A DNA stretch of 61,386 bases, filler included, from Candidatus Coatesbacteria bacterium (lineage in GTDB: Bacteria > JAFGND01), in the NCBI GenBank assembly GCA_016927185.1. It is 4 parts of 4 records of this genome, joined end to end, with 100 filler letters (N's around TTAATTAATTAA, not from the genome) between each part and the next. Parts side by side here need not be neighbours in the genome. Positions count along the whole stretch, not along the records: positions 24,276 to 43,935 come from JAFGND010000086.1; 3 more parts are not named here. One strand, given 5' to 3'. The notes beneath the pieces were generated by a model that had not been told where the DNA came from, searched no databases, and was given only the letters and a program-made list of their open reading frames with translations. The position numbers and the translations under genes are program-made. The first letter of the stretch is position 1; every line of letters begins with the position of its first letter. Of this stretch, positions 29,505 to 38,827 are shown piece by piece.

Positions 29505-29729
29505 ATCTCACTCCTTATGTTAAATTTGACGAATACCTTTTTTATTAAAAAGGATTTTGTCAATGAAATTTTATTATGAGCTCAATAAATTATTGCTTGA
29601 TAATAACTTAAGGTAACTTATTCCATTTTTTTTTAATTAAAGATGACAAAAAATCTATTATCTTAATTCTTGACTAGAATATTTGTTTTGATTTATGTCG
29701 TCAGCAATATGCCCTTACAGGAGGTAAAT

Positions 29730-30704
29730 ATGGAGCATCGTCTTTCTATGGATATGGTCAAAGTGTGTGAGCTTGCTGCTATTGAATCTGCAAAAACTAT
29801 GGGATTTGGCGATAGAAAGAAATCTGACAAAGCTGCTGTAGAAGCAATGAGAACCCAGCTAGAAAAAGTTGATATTAATGGAACCATAGTTATTGGTGAG
29901 GGGGAGAGAGACAAAGCTCCAATGCTATTCATAGGTGAAAAAGTTGGCAAAGGAAAAAATAATCCGGATTTCCCAGAAATAGATATTGCTGTGGATCCTC
30001 TTGAGGGAACAAATCTTGTTGCAACAGGGAGTAATAATGCTATTACTGTTCTAGCAGGTTCAGAAAAGGGAGGATTGCTTTACGCTCCAGATATATACCT
30101 GGACAAACTTGTAGTTGGTCCATCAAGTGCTGAATCTGTTCATATAGATATGGAAGTAAAAGATATAATAAAAGCAGTTGCAAAAGCTCTGGACAGAAAA
30201 GTAAATGATATTGTTGTTTCTATTCTAGATAGGGAAAGACATCATAATCTAATAGAAAAAGTCAGGCAAACAGATGCAAGAATTCAGCTTATTTCGGATG
30301 GAGATCTTTCAGCAGGGATTGCTGCTGTTGTAAGAGGAAGTGGAATTCACATTGTTATGGGATCAGGAGGCGCTCCTGAAGGAGTATTATGCGCTGCTGC
30401 TTTGAAATGTATAGGTGGACAGATTTACTCTCGTTTTCTGCCAAAGGATGCTTCACAAAAAGAGAGACTGAAAAGCATGGGAATTGATCATGATAATGTT
30501 TTCACAAAAGAAACACTTGCTCCCGGAAATAATATACTTTTTGCTGCTACTGGTGTCACGAATGGATCTATTCTAAAAGGAGTAAGATTTTTTGGTGATG
30601 GAATAAGAACAAATTCAATATTAATGACTAACCTGGAACATAGAATTCAGTTTATTGACACTATTCATTTCAGGGAAAAAGGGAAAATGCCAATCTGGTT
30701 ATAA
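29730..30704 (+). CDS. glpX: class II fructose-1,6-bisphosphatase
   Basis: IVIGEGERDKAPMLFIGE, DIAVDPLEGT, DRERH, GGAPEGV, FAATGVT; GAGG RBS before ATG 29730. Confidence 0.96.
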   Translation: MEHRLSMDMVKVCELAAIESAKTMGFGDRKKSDKAAVEAMRTQLEKVDINGTIVIGEGERDKAPMLFIGEKVGKGKNNPDFPEIDIAVDPLEGTNLVATGSNNAITVLAGSEKGGLLYAPDIYLDKLVVGPSSAESVHIDMEVKDIIKAVAKALDRKVNDIVVSILDRERHHNLIEKVRQTDARIQLISDGDLSAGIAAVVRGSGIHIVMGSGGAPEGVLCAAALKCIGGQIYSRFLPKDASQKERLKSMGIDHDNVFTKETLAPGNNILFAATGVTNGSILKGVRFFGDGIRTNSILMTNLEHRIQFIDTIHFREKGKMPIWL

Positions 30705-30714
30705 GGAGGAAATA

Positions 30715-31146
30715 ATGACTGAACAGGAAATAAAAGAAGGGATTAGAAAGCTCCTTCCTGAACTTAAATATTTACTTGTAGAAAACCTGCTAAAAAGAGC
30801 CTTGCCAGAAGAGGATTGCTTGATAGCCTATTATCCTCTTGTTAAACCAGGAGAAAGGTATGAATTAAATCTGATAACAAGATCAAGATATATAAAAATA
30901 GGACTTGAACAGGAGATATATTTCTACAAAGCATGCTATATAAACAGATTTACATGGATGACAGAGAGATTTTTGGCAAGTGAAGATAACAAGAATTGCA
31001 TTCCAATAATGACAGTCGAGATTTTCTTTGATTTGCAGAATGAGGATTTCGCAAGATTATTTCTTGAAGCAGAGACTGAAGATCAGCAATCTCTGCTCAA
31101 ATACTTTGTAAAGCAATTCAATATTATAGCATTCAAGACAGGATAA
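30715..31146 (+). CDS. hypothetical protein
   Basis: Strong AGGAGG RBS before ATG 30715, directly after glpX. Confidence 0.7.
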   Translation: MTEQEIKEGIRKLLPELKYLLVENLLKRALPEEDCLIAYYPLVKPGERYELNLITRSRYIKIGLEQEIYFYKACYINRFTWMTERFLASEDNKNCIPIMTVEIFFDLQNEDFARLFLEAETEDQQSLLKYFVKQFNIIAFKTG

Positions 31147-31151
31147 AGATA

Positions 31152-32006
31152 TTAGAAATATTTTCCTATTATTGGCTTAAGTTTTTCTTTAATTTCTTCA
31201 GTTATGATACTTTTATCACTAAGTATTGCACCTTCAAGTGCATGATGACATCTACAATCAGATTCAGCATCTATTTCAAGAACAGCAGCCTTGATTATTT
31301 TCTTTGCATTTATTATATTCTGATTGAAATACTTAAGAACCATTTCAACTGTCACCGCCTCTTCGCTTTCATGCCAGCAATCATAATCAGTCACGAGAGC
31401 AATTGTGACGTAGGCAATCTCTGCCTCTCTAGCTAGCTTTGCTTCCTGCAGATTTGTCATTCCTATCAAATCCGCACCCCATGACCTGTAAACAAAGCTC
31501 TCTGCTTTAGTAGAGAACTGAGGACCTTCCATACATACATAAGTTCCCCCTAATTTCACAGGTATTTCTTGTTTATCAGCTGCTCTTTTTACTGCTTGAG
31601 CCATAACTTTGCATATAGGTTCAGCAAAAGAAATATGAATGACAATTCCACTACCAAAAAAAGTTGATTCTCTTGCATAAGTCCTATCAATAAACTGATC
31701 AGGGATAACAATATCCATTGGTTTATGTTCTATCTTGAGAGATCCTACTGCAGAAGCTGAAATAATTTTCCTCACACCAAGAGATTTCATGGCATAGATA
31801 TTAGCTTTGAAATTTATTTCAGAAGGTAATATTCTATGACCTTTCCCATGTCTTGCCAAGAAGACAACATCCTTGTTTTCAATTCTTCCTTTTATTAATC
31901 TATCGGATGGTTTTCCAAAAGGAGTATTTATTTCAATTTCCTCAACATTACTAATTCCTTCCAGATTATACAATCCACTACCACCAATAATTCCTATAAA
32001 AGACAT
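31152..32006 (-). CDS. mtnP: S-methyl-5'-thioadenosine phosphorylase
   Basis: IGIIGGSGL, TPFGKPS, LARHG, SAVGSL, EGPQFST, IGMT..EAKLAREAE, TDYDCW. Confidence 0.95.
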   Translation of the reverse strand: MSFIGIIGGSGLYNLEGISNVEEIEINTPFGKPSDRLIKGRIENKDVVFLARHGKGHRILPSEINFKANIYAMKSLGVRKIISASAVGSLKIEHKPMDIVIPDQFIDRTYARESTFFGSGIVIHISFAEPICKVMAQAVKRAADKQEIPVKLGGTYVCMEGPQFSTKAESFVYRSWGADLIGMTNLQEAKLAREAEIAYVTIALVTDYDCWHESEEAVTVEMVLKYFNQNIINAKKIIKAAVLEIDAESDCRCHHALEGAILSDKSIITEEIKEKLKPIIGKYF

Positions 32007-32016
32007 ACAACCTCCG

Positions 32017-32463
32017 TTATTTGTTAAGTTTTTCTTTTACAACTTTAGAAATCAATGTTGAATCAACCCTTCCTTTTAGTTGCGAAATTAATATTTTCAT
32101 GACTTTTCCCATATCTTTTTGACCAGCAGCTCCTGTTGATAATATTGCCTCATCAACTAAAATCAGAAGATCTTTTTCTGAAATAGCTTCAGGAAGAAAT
32201 TTCTCAAGGATTGCTATTTTATCTATTTCAGGATTGGCAATATCATTTCTTTCGGCTCTCAAAGCTTCATCCATAGTCTCTTTTCTTTTTTTTATTTCTT
32301 TCTGTATAATATTCAGAACATCTTCATCTGATACTTTTTCAAGTTTCTCTTGAATCTGGAAATATTTGATAGTGCTTTTCAACATTCTTAATGTTTCAAG
32401 TTTTACAGGATCTTTGTTTTTCATTGCTTCTTTTATCTCTTTGTCTATCCTTTCCAGCATCAT
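32017..32463 (-). CDS. GatB/YqeY domain protein
   Basis: KEAMKNKD..LETLRMLK, KEIKKRKE, ILEKFLP, DMGKVMK. Confidence 0.93.
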   Translation of the reverse strand: MMLERIDKEIKEAMKNKDPVKLETLRMLKSTIKYFQIQEKLEKVSDEDVLNIIQKEIKKRKETMDEALRAERNDIANPEIDKIAILEKFLPEAISEKDLLILVDEAILSTGAAGQKDMGKVMKILISQLKGRVDSTLISKVVKEKLNK

Positions 32464-33530
32464 TCACCTCCTCTTTGATCAGACAGGATTATTTCAGATA
32501 ATTCAGAAGGACTTACACCAAGTATACTCCCATCTGTTAATTTGTATAGATCTTCAATAGCATTTTCAATTTCCAACTTACGTGCTTTTGTTCCTATCAA
32601 ATCAGTTTCCAGTATTACAGGCAAATTGACTGGATGACACATGAAGTCACCATTAATTTTCAATCCAGCTATTGTATCATCTTTAATAGATACATATATT
32701 TCCAATAGACCACCTTTTGTCTTCCTTGAAGATTTATATAAAAAATTGCCGGATGATATTTTTGTTTTTTCTTTACCTTCTCTATTATATCCAAACAAGA
32801 AATCATTATTATCTATCATGATTGAAGTTTCGGAAATTGCTTTCTCTTCATCTTCTCCAAAATATGCTTCCTTGAGATTTCCTAACAGCTTTTCCCATTC
32901 TCCTTTCAACAGTGAAACAATCATTTTTCTATCTGGAATATAACCAAGTTCCCTTTTTACTGTTGTAAGTCCTTCTTGCATATTTCTGTAAACATTGTTT
33001 CTGTAGTTATCATCAGGCACTTTTAAAATCCTGCTCATCAAATCATAATCAAAATCAAGTAATATACCCCCTACAAAAACGATACATTCTCCTATTTCCC
33101 CAGCTCCTTGACCAGTTATTTTCTTTTTTTCTATAGTAATTATATCATTTACTGGCTTATATCTAGTTTCAATTCCAATTTTCTTGTAAGTATTAATTGC
33201 AGGAATAGAAAACTTTTCAAAAAAATACTCTTTATCCTTTATATTCAATAGATTATCATGTTTAAGTATTATCTGATAAAATATTTGATTATTATCTAAA
33301 AGAGTAGTTCCTCCCCCTACCATCCTCCTCATAACAGGGATTTTTTCTTTTTTACAGAAATCGAAATCAATTGAAGTCCTGGCATTTTGAAAATATCCTA
33401 TACTTGCAATAATGTCTCTGGGAGAAACAATAACCAATGCTTCTTCATTGCGTATTGCAAGAGCATGAAAGAAGAGCATTGATTTCTGCTTTTCCATAAA
33501 GCCTAAATCATAATAATTAAAATCACCCAT
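32460..33530 (-). CDS. lipoate-protein ligase A family protein
   Basis: SIGYFQ, RRMVGGGT, VNDI...KKITGQG, C-terminal KTKGGL..GDFM domain; likely start ATG 33530. Confidence 0.85.
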   Translation of the reverse strand: MGDFNYYDLGFMEKQKSMLFFHALAIRNEEALVIVSPRDIIASIGYFQNARTSIDFDFCKKEKIPVMRRMVGGGTTLLDNNQIFYQIILKHDNLLNIKDKEYFFEKFSIPAINTYKKIGIETRYKPVNDIITIEKKKITGQGAGEIGECIVFVGGILLDFDYDLMSRILKVPDDNYRNNVYRNMQEGLTTVKRELGYIPDRKMIVSLLKGEWEKLLGNLKEAYFGEDEEKAISETSIMIDNNDFLFGYNREGKEKTKISSGNFLYKSSRKTKGGLLEIYVSIKDDTIAGLKINGDFMCHPVNLPVILETDLIGTKARKLEIENAIEDLYKLTDGSILGVSPSELSEIILSDQRGGE

Positions 33531-33675
33531 ATTAGTTTGTAGATAGAGGCAAATAAAATCGAATATTGTCAAGGAAACAAAAAAACCTTATAATAAAGGG
33601 TTCACTCTTGACAAAATACCTATCCAATTTTCAAAAGATCCAATAGTTTTCTATAAACTTTAAAAGGAGAAATTT

Positions 33676-35958
33676 ATGAAAAGAGAGATATATATCACTA
33701 TCTCATTGATATTTGTATTACTGTTATGCCACTGCACCAAGAAGGAAGAGATAGACAAGACAAGCATAGCTATTATTAAAGGGAAAAAAGGAACAAAAAT
33801 GGCAGGCTTTGTTGCCAAAATCAGTCTTAAGGAATTTGATGAAAAGATTACTACAATGCCACCGTTTCTAAAACAAAATTACGAAACTACTGATGGAAGA
33901 ACCAAATTCCTGCAAAAGGAAATTGATCAAAAAGTAATGTATTTATGCGCTTTAAGTAAAGGATATGAAAAGGATTCCAGGATATCCAAGCTATTGAAAA
34001 GAAATGAAGATGTTTCATTACTAAGAGAATTCCATAAGAAGAAAATAGACACATTAGGTGACAAGCCAAAAGAAGAGGAATTGAAAGCATTCTATAAGAA
34101 GAAGATTGACGATTATACTGAAAAAGAAAAATTTCAGGTTTCTATAGTTGTAATTGGACAGGCAGAACCCAGCCCTGATAACAAGATTCTTCAAAAGAAA
34201 TCTGAAAGAAAGCTGACTCCTGAACAGATAAAAACCGAAGCTGATAACGCAGCTAAAGAGCTGGATAAAAACGCTCCATTTGAAAAAGTGGTGGAAAAAT
34301 ATTCAATTGATCCATATTCATTGGGACGCAAAGGTGATTTGGGAATAATTGCAAAAGGAAGCTATATTGTAGGAATTGCAGGTTGGGACGAAGCCAAGGA
34401 ACTTTCTGCAACAATAGATACTCTACCGGTAAATAAACATTCACAACCTATCCCTTATAAGAACAGGTATTACATATTGAAAGTGACAAGTAAGATACCA
34501 CAGAAGATAAAGACATTTGATGAAGTCAAAAATCAAATCAAAAGCTCATATATTCAGGATCTTAAAGTAAATACCTATAATAAAATACTCGAGGATTTGA
34601 AAAAGACAAATGAAATCAAGATATCAGATGAAGATCTGAAGAAAGAATTCTCAGCAATCAAGGATAAAGTCAGATATCCGGGTAAACTTGAAAAAGATGC
34701 TCCGGATGAAAAAACAATAATAGCAAAAGGAAAAGAGGGACTGAGTATTTCGCTAAAGGATTTCAGGGAAGAATTAGAAAATATACCTGTAAGATATAGA
34801 ATGATGTCTTTGAATGATCTTGATGGTTTAAAAAAGGAACTTGAAAGAGTAATAGAAAGACAAATAGTTGCCAACCAGGCAAGAAAAGAAGGATATCAAG
34901 ATAATGCTGGGTTGATAAAATCATTGCTTGATTATAAAATGGAAGTTCTTTCAAAGGAATTTTATCAAAAGGAAATATATGAAAAATCATTAAAAGTACC
35001 ATCTGAAGAAGAAATCAAGAAGGAATACGAAAAAAGCAAGGATAAGGAGTACTCAGATAAGGGTTACGTTGAAGTGTATCATATTGTCTGTAAAACAAAA
35101 GGAGAAGCAGAGACCATTTACAAAGAATTGAGTGGTCAACCATTAGAGAAATTCAAGGAAACTGCAAAGATAAAAAGTGAAGACAAGACATCAGCTCCTC
35201 AAGGTGGTTCTTTAGGAAAAGTGTTTATTGATCAGGATTTCATGAGTTCTTTTTTGGGAAAACAACCTGAATTACAAAAAGAAATGTTAAAATTGAAAGC
35301 AGGAGAAATTTCCCAGCCTGTGCCAGTTAAAGCCCAAATCAAAGATAAAATACAACCTAAAAAGGAACAGAAACCTGCAACAAAAGATTATTGGGTTATT
35401 GTTTTTGTTGATAAGAACGTTCCCACTAAAATCAAGCCTTATGATGAAGTTAAAGACATCATAAAAAAGCGCTTAACCAGTCTTGATAATGGGGCAACCA
35501 ACAGAGCTATATTTGAGCTAAGGAAGGATTTTGATATAATAATAAACAAAGAAATGCTGGTTGTTAAGAAAACTGCCAAGCAATTATTTGATGATGCAAT
35601 GCAGGCTACTTCAAATCCTGATAAATCAATAGAGTTGTTTGAACAGCTTATAAAAGAGTATCCTAATGATAAAAATATCGAAAAAGCTATGTTCATGCTT
35701 GGTTTTTTATACTGGGAACAAAAAAATGATAAAGAAAAAGGAAAAAAATGTTTCGAGGATTTTCTTCAGAAATTTCCAGAAAGCCAAATGGCAAAAGATG
35801 CAAAAGCCTATCTTGACGGAACCATAGACAAGAACATGCAACTTATAAATGAAGGAAAATTTCCAGATACAGAGGATAAAGGAGAAACCAAAGAGAAAAA
35901 AGAAGTCAAAAAAAACTTAGATAAGAAAACAGAAGAAAAGAAAGAGGAAAAGAAATGA
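33676..35958 (+). CDS. parvulin-type peptidyl-prolyl isomerase (two PPIase domains) with C-terminal TPR, probable lipoprotein
   Basis: FEKVVEKYSID..KGDLG; VYHIVC..KSEDKTSAPQGGSLG; FEQLIKEYP..AMFMLGFLY TPR; N-terminal LCHC. Confidence 0.85.
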   Translation: MKREIYITISLIFVLLLCHCTKKEEIDKTSIAIIKGKKGTKMAGFVAKISLKEFDEKITTMPPFLKQNYETTDGRTKFLQKEIDQKVMYLCALSKGYEKDSRISKLLKRNEDVSLLREFHKKKIDTLGDKPKEEELKAFYKKKIDDYTEKEKFQVSIVVIGQAEPSPDNKILQKKSERKLTPEQIKTEADNAAKELDKNAPFEKVVEKYSIDPYSLGRKGDLGIIAKGSYIVGIAGWDEAKELSATIDTLPVNKHSQPIPYKNRYYILKVTSKIPQKIKTFDEVKNQIKSSYIQDLKVNTYNKILEDLKKTNEIKISDEDLKKEFSAIKDKVRYPGKLEKDAPDEKTIIAKGKEGLSISLKDFREELENIPVRYRMMSLNDLDGLKKELERVIERQIVANQARKEGYQDNAGLIKSLLDYKMEVLSKEFYQKEIYEKSLKVPSEEEIKKEYEKSKDKEYSDKGYVEVYHIVCKTKGEAETIYKELSGQPLEKFKETAKIKSEDKTSAPQGGSLGKVFIDQDFMSSFLGKQPELQKEMLKLKAGEISQPVPVKAQIKDKIQPKKEQKPATKDYWVIVFVDKNVPTKIKPYDEVKDIIKKRLTSLDNGATNRAIFELRKDFDIIINKEMLVVKKTAKQLFDDAMQATSNPDKSIELFEQLIKEYPNDKNIEKAMFMLGFLYWEQKNDKEKGKKCFEDFLQKFPESQMAKDAKAYLDGTIDKNMQLINEGKFPDTEDKGETKEKKEVKKNLDKKTEEKKEEKK

Positions 35959-36224
35959 ACTGGTGGAAACACACTATAAGGATTATTGCTGTATTATGTA
36001 TCCTTTCTGCTGTTAGTGTTTATGTTTATAAAAAATACATTTATTATTTTGAAGAAGATGTCGTATACCTTACAACTGGAGAGACTATAAGAGGTCAAAT
36101 TGTGGATGTTCAGAAGAAAAATCTTATGCTTAAAGTATCTCCTGTTGATACTCTTAAAATTCCCAAAGATAAGGTTACTTCAATATATCTAGATCAAAAA
36201 ATCAAAAAAAAGGATAAAGAATGA
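35955..36224 (+). CDS. small membrane-anchored hypothetical protein
   Basis: Overlapping start and stop codons with both neighbours; TM helix then D.VYLTTGETIRGQI Sm-like fold. Confidence 0.65.
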   Translation: MNWWKHTIRIIAVLCILSAVSVYVYKKYIYYFEEDVVYLTTGETIRGQIVDVQKKNLMLKVSPVDTLKIPKDKVTSIYLDQKIKKKDKE

Positions 36225-36985
36225 GACTGATACTTGTTTTCTTGTTTGGACTTTCAATCTCACTTCATTCTGATACTATATTCACCATGAGGGGTGGCAA
36301 ATTTGAAGGTTCTCTAGTAGTTATAGATAAGGAAGTTGTTGTCTTCAAAACTGCACAGGGACAGAAGGAATTTAGCAGAGAGGTTGTAAATAGCATAATG
36401 CTGAATGAACCCTTCCATACACCTTCAACTGAATCAAAAGCTACTTCAGGAACACCTAAGAAAGAAAAGCCTCTTGTCATTATGAGAGATGGTACTAGAA
36501 TAAGAGCAAATATAATAGGTGCTTCAAAAAAGTGGATTGAACTTGAAACTGACTATGGGAAAGCAAGATATAAAAGAGATGAAGTCATGTTTGTAGATAC
36601 CTATAATAGAAGTCAGTTAGGTTTCCTGGATATTGATGCTAAAACTCCATGGATAAAAACCCCTCTTGTACTTAAATATGGAGACAGAATAGAAATTGCT
36701 GCAATAGGTTCTATAAAAACTGATCCTCATGCTGATGAGGAAATTGTTGAACCTGAAGGGATTTTAGATGGCGTATCAAGAGAATTACCACTTCCTTCAT
36801 CATGGCACGGAGCTTTAATTGGTAGAATTGGAGAAAAAGGTACACCATTTTTAATAGGAAGCTATTTAAAGATAATTATCATGGATAAAAGTCAGGAAGG
36901 ACAGCTTTTTGTAGGAATAAATGACTATCCTGAATTCATGAAAGATAATATAGGTTTTTTCAGAGCGCATTATTTTGTCTGGTAA
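36221..36985 (+). CDS. secreted hypothetical protein with a possible C-terminal LecA/PA-IL-like beta-sandwich
   Basis: Signal peptide; W..T.L.L..GD.IEI.A.G, GALIGRIG, LFVGIND, DN.G. Confidence 0.6.
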   Translation: MRLILVFLFGLSISLHSDTIFTMRGGKFEGSLVVIDKEVVVFKTAQGQKEFSREVVNSIMLNEPFHTPSTESKATSGTPKKEKPLVIMRDGTRIRANIIGASKKWIELETDYGKARYKRDEVMFVDTYNRSQLGFLDIDAKTPWIKTPLVLKYGDRIEIAAIGSIKTDPHADEEIVEPEGILDGVSRELPLPSSWHGALIGRIGEKGTPFLIGSYLKIIIMDKSQEGQLFVGINDYPEFMKDNIGFFRAHYFVW

Positions 36986-38827
36986 TCAATTAATATAACC
37001 TAATGCCTTAAGCTGTCTTATTTTCTCTTTATCCAAATATTTTGCACCACTGAATTTATGAGGCTTTGATTTGAATTCAATTAAATCCTTCTTTATACTG
37101 TCTGGATATTCTGTAAGTGGATTAAGTTCTTTCGGATCATTATTCAAATCATAACCTTCTATCTTTCCATCTGGAAAGGAAATTAGCTTTAATCCACTTT
37201 CAAGAAGCAGGGCATATTTTTTATTCTTGAATTCGTCTTCGATTTGTACCCCTTCATGACCAACCATTGTATTGCTTCCGCTTTCCAGGTAGAGTTTTCT
37301 TTTTGTAATCTTGTCATTTTTTATTACTGGTATAAGAGATATCCCATCTGTCTTGGAATTCCCTGGAGCATTTATACAATCAAGAATCGTTGGAAAAATG
37401 TCAACAAGGGAAACAAGATTATTTATTTCTTTGCCCTTATATTTGTTTTGAGGGAACTTGATTATAAGAGGGACTTTTATTGAAGGTTCATATAAATGAA
37501 CTCCATGGGAGAAATAATAATTATGCTCAACCAGGCTTTCTCCATGATCTCCAGCTATTATTATAAGTGCGTCATCATATATCCTGTATTTCTTCAAATC
37601 TTCTATGAATAGACTTACAAGATAATCAGTATAACTGCATTCACCAGCATATAAACCTTTAAGATATTCAAGATCATCCTTGGTTGGTTTTAACTGACCT
37701 GAATTAATCAAGTAAATTGTAAAAAGATTAAATTTCTTCATGGAAGGCTTAAGATCTTTTGTGTATTCTTCAGAATATCCCTTATGATATTCATATGGAG
37801 TATGAGGATCATATAAATGTATCCATAGGAAAAAGCTTGAATCATGATATCTAGTGAGCCATCCCCTGGCTTTTTCTATGGTTGGCATCCCTTCAGATTG
37901 ACCTGTTTTTAGTCTATACAAGCATGCTAAATCATAAATCAGACAGTTCCTTCTCAAGTTAGCGAACAACTTATAATGTACTTGACTGTCATCATATATA
38001 TCAAAAAAATCACTCATTCCTATAGATCTTTCTGCAACAGGATATGCACTAACAAATGCTGAAGTCAAAGATCCTTTGCCATGAAAAATTTCTGGTATTG
38101 TTACTATACCTTTTTCTATCGGAATAGCATTGAATCTGCTTCCATGATTAACCGGCATAAGTCCACAAAACATTGAAGCATGTGCTGGAGTAGTGAAAGG
38201 AACTGGAGTATAGCATTTATTGAATACAACAGCATCTTTCGAAAATTCTGACATATATGGTGTTCTGCAAATTCCTTTACCATTGATGCTTAAATGATCT
38301 GCTCTATATGTATCAAGCGTTATCAGTATTGTTATCGGTAATGGAGATTTCTTGCTTGATGGAGACTTCAAGTAAGGATAGATTAAATGAAAGAGTGAGA
38401 CAATAGCAATAATAATATATAAAATCTTGCTTGTTTTCATGTTCCTGGCAATTAGCATAATGATATAACCTATTAGTATGCATATAAATATGGAAACAGC
38501 AAAATACAAGTATACTTTATTGTCTAACAATGGATTAGCACCGAAGTAATAGAATAAGTATCTATAAGTTCCATAGATAAAAACGACATAACTCAATAAA
38601 CTTGATAGTAATATAATCCCATCATCTGATTTTCTCAGTTTTCTTAATAAAAGGAACAAACTTGTCCATAATAATAAAACTATTCCGTTAGCAACTGCAG
38701 GAATTAATATATAAACTGCAGTTTTCCCCAAAGAGATATATAAAGGATGTCCAATTGAAATACCAATTGATTCAGCAAGCCCTATAATCAAACCTATCAA
38801 GAAAATCCTAATAAACAACTTATACAT
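36986..38827 (-). CDS. membrane-anchored sulfatase / alkaline phosphatase superfamily protein
   Basis: About five N-terminal TM helices; ITLDTYRADH, TTPAHASMFCG, HLYDPHTPY, AGDHGE, VSLVDIFPT. Confidence 0.85.
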   Translation of the reverse strand: MYKLFIRIFLIGLIIGLAESIGISIGHPLYISLGKTAVYILIPAVANGIVLLLWTSLFLLLRKLRKSDDGIILLSSLLSYVVFIYGTYRYLFYYFGANPLLDNKVYLYFAVSIFICILIGYIIMLIARNMKTSKILYIIIAIVSLFHLIYPYLKSPSSKKSPLPITILITLDTYRADHLSINGKGICRTPYMSEFSKDAVVFNKCYTPVPFTTPAHASMFCGLMPVNHGSRFNAIPIEKGIVTIPEIFHGKGSLTSAFVSAYPVAERSIGMSDFFDIYDDSQVHYKLFANLRRNCLIYDLACLYRLKTGQSEGMPTIEKARGWLTRYHDSSFFLWIHLYDPHTPYEYHKGYSEEYTKDLKPSMKKFNLFTIYLINSGQLKPTKDDLEYLKGLYAGECSYTDYLVSLFIEDLKKYRIYDDALIIIAGDHGESLVEHNYYFSHGVHLYEPSIKVPLIIKFPQNKYKGKEINNLVSLVDIFPTILDCINAPGNSKTDGISLIPVIKNDKITKRKLYLESGSNTMVGHEGVQIEDEFKNKKYALLLESGLKLISFPDGKIEGYDLNNDPKELNPLTEYPDSIKKDLIEFKSKPHKFSGAKYLDKEKIRQLKALGYIN

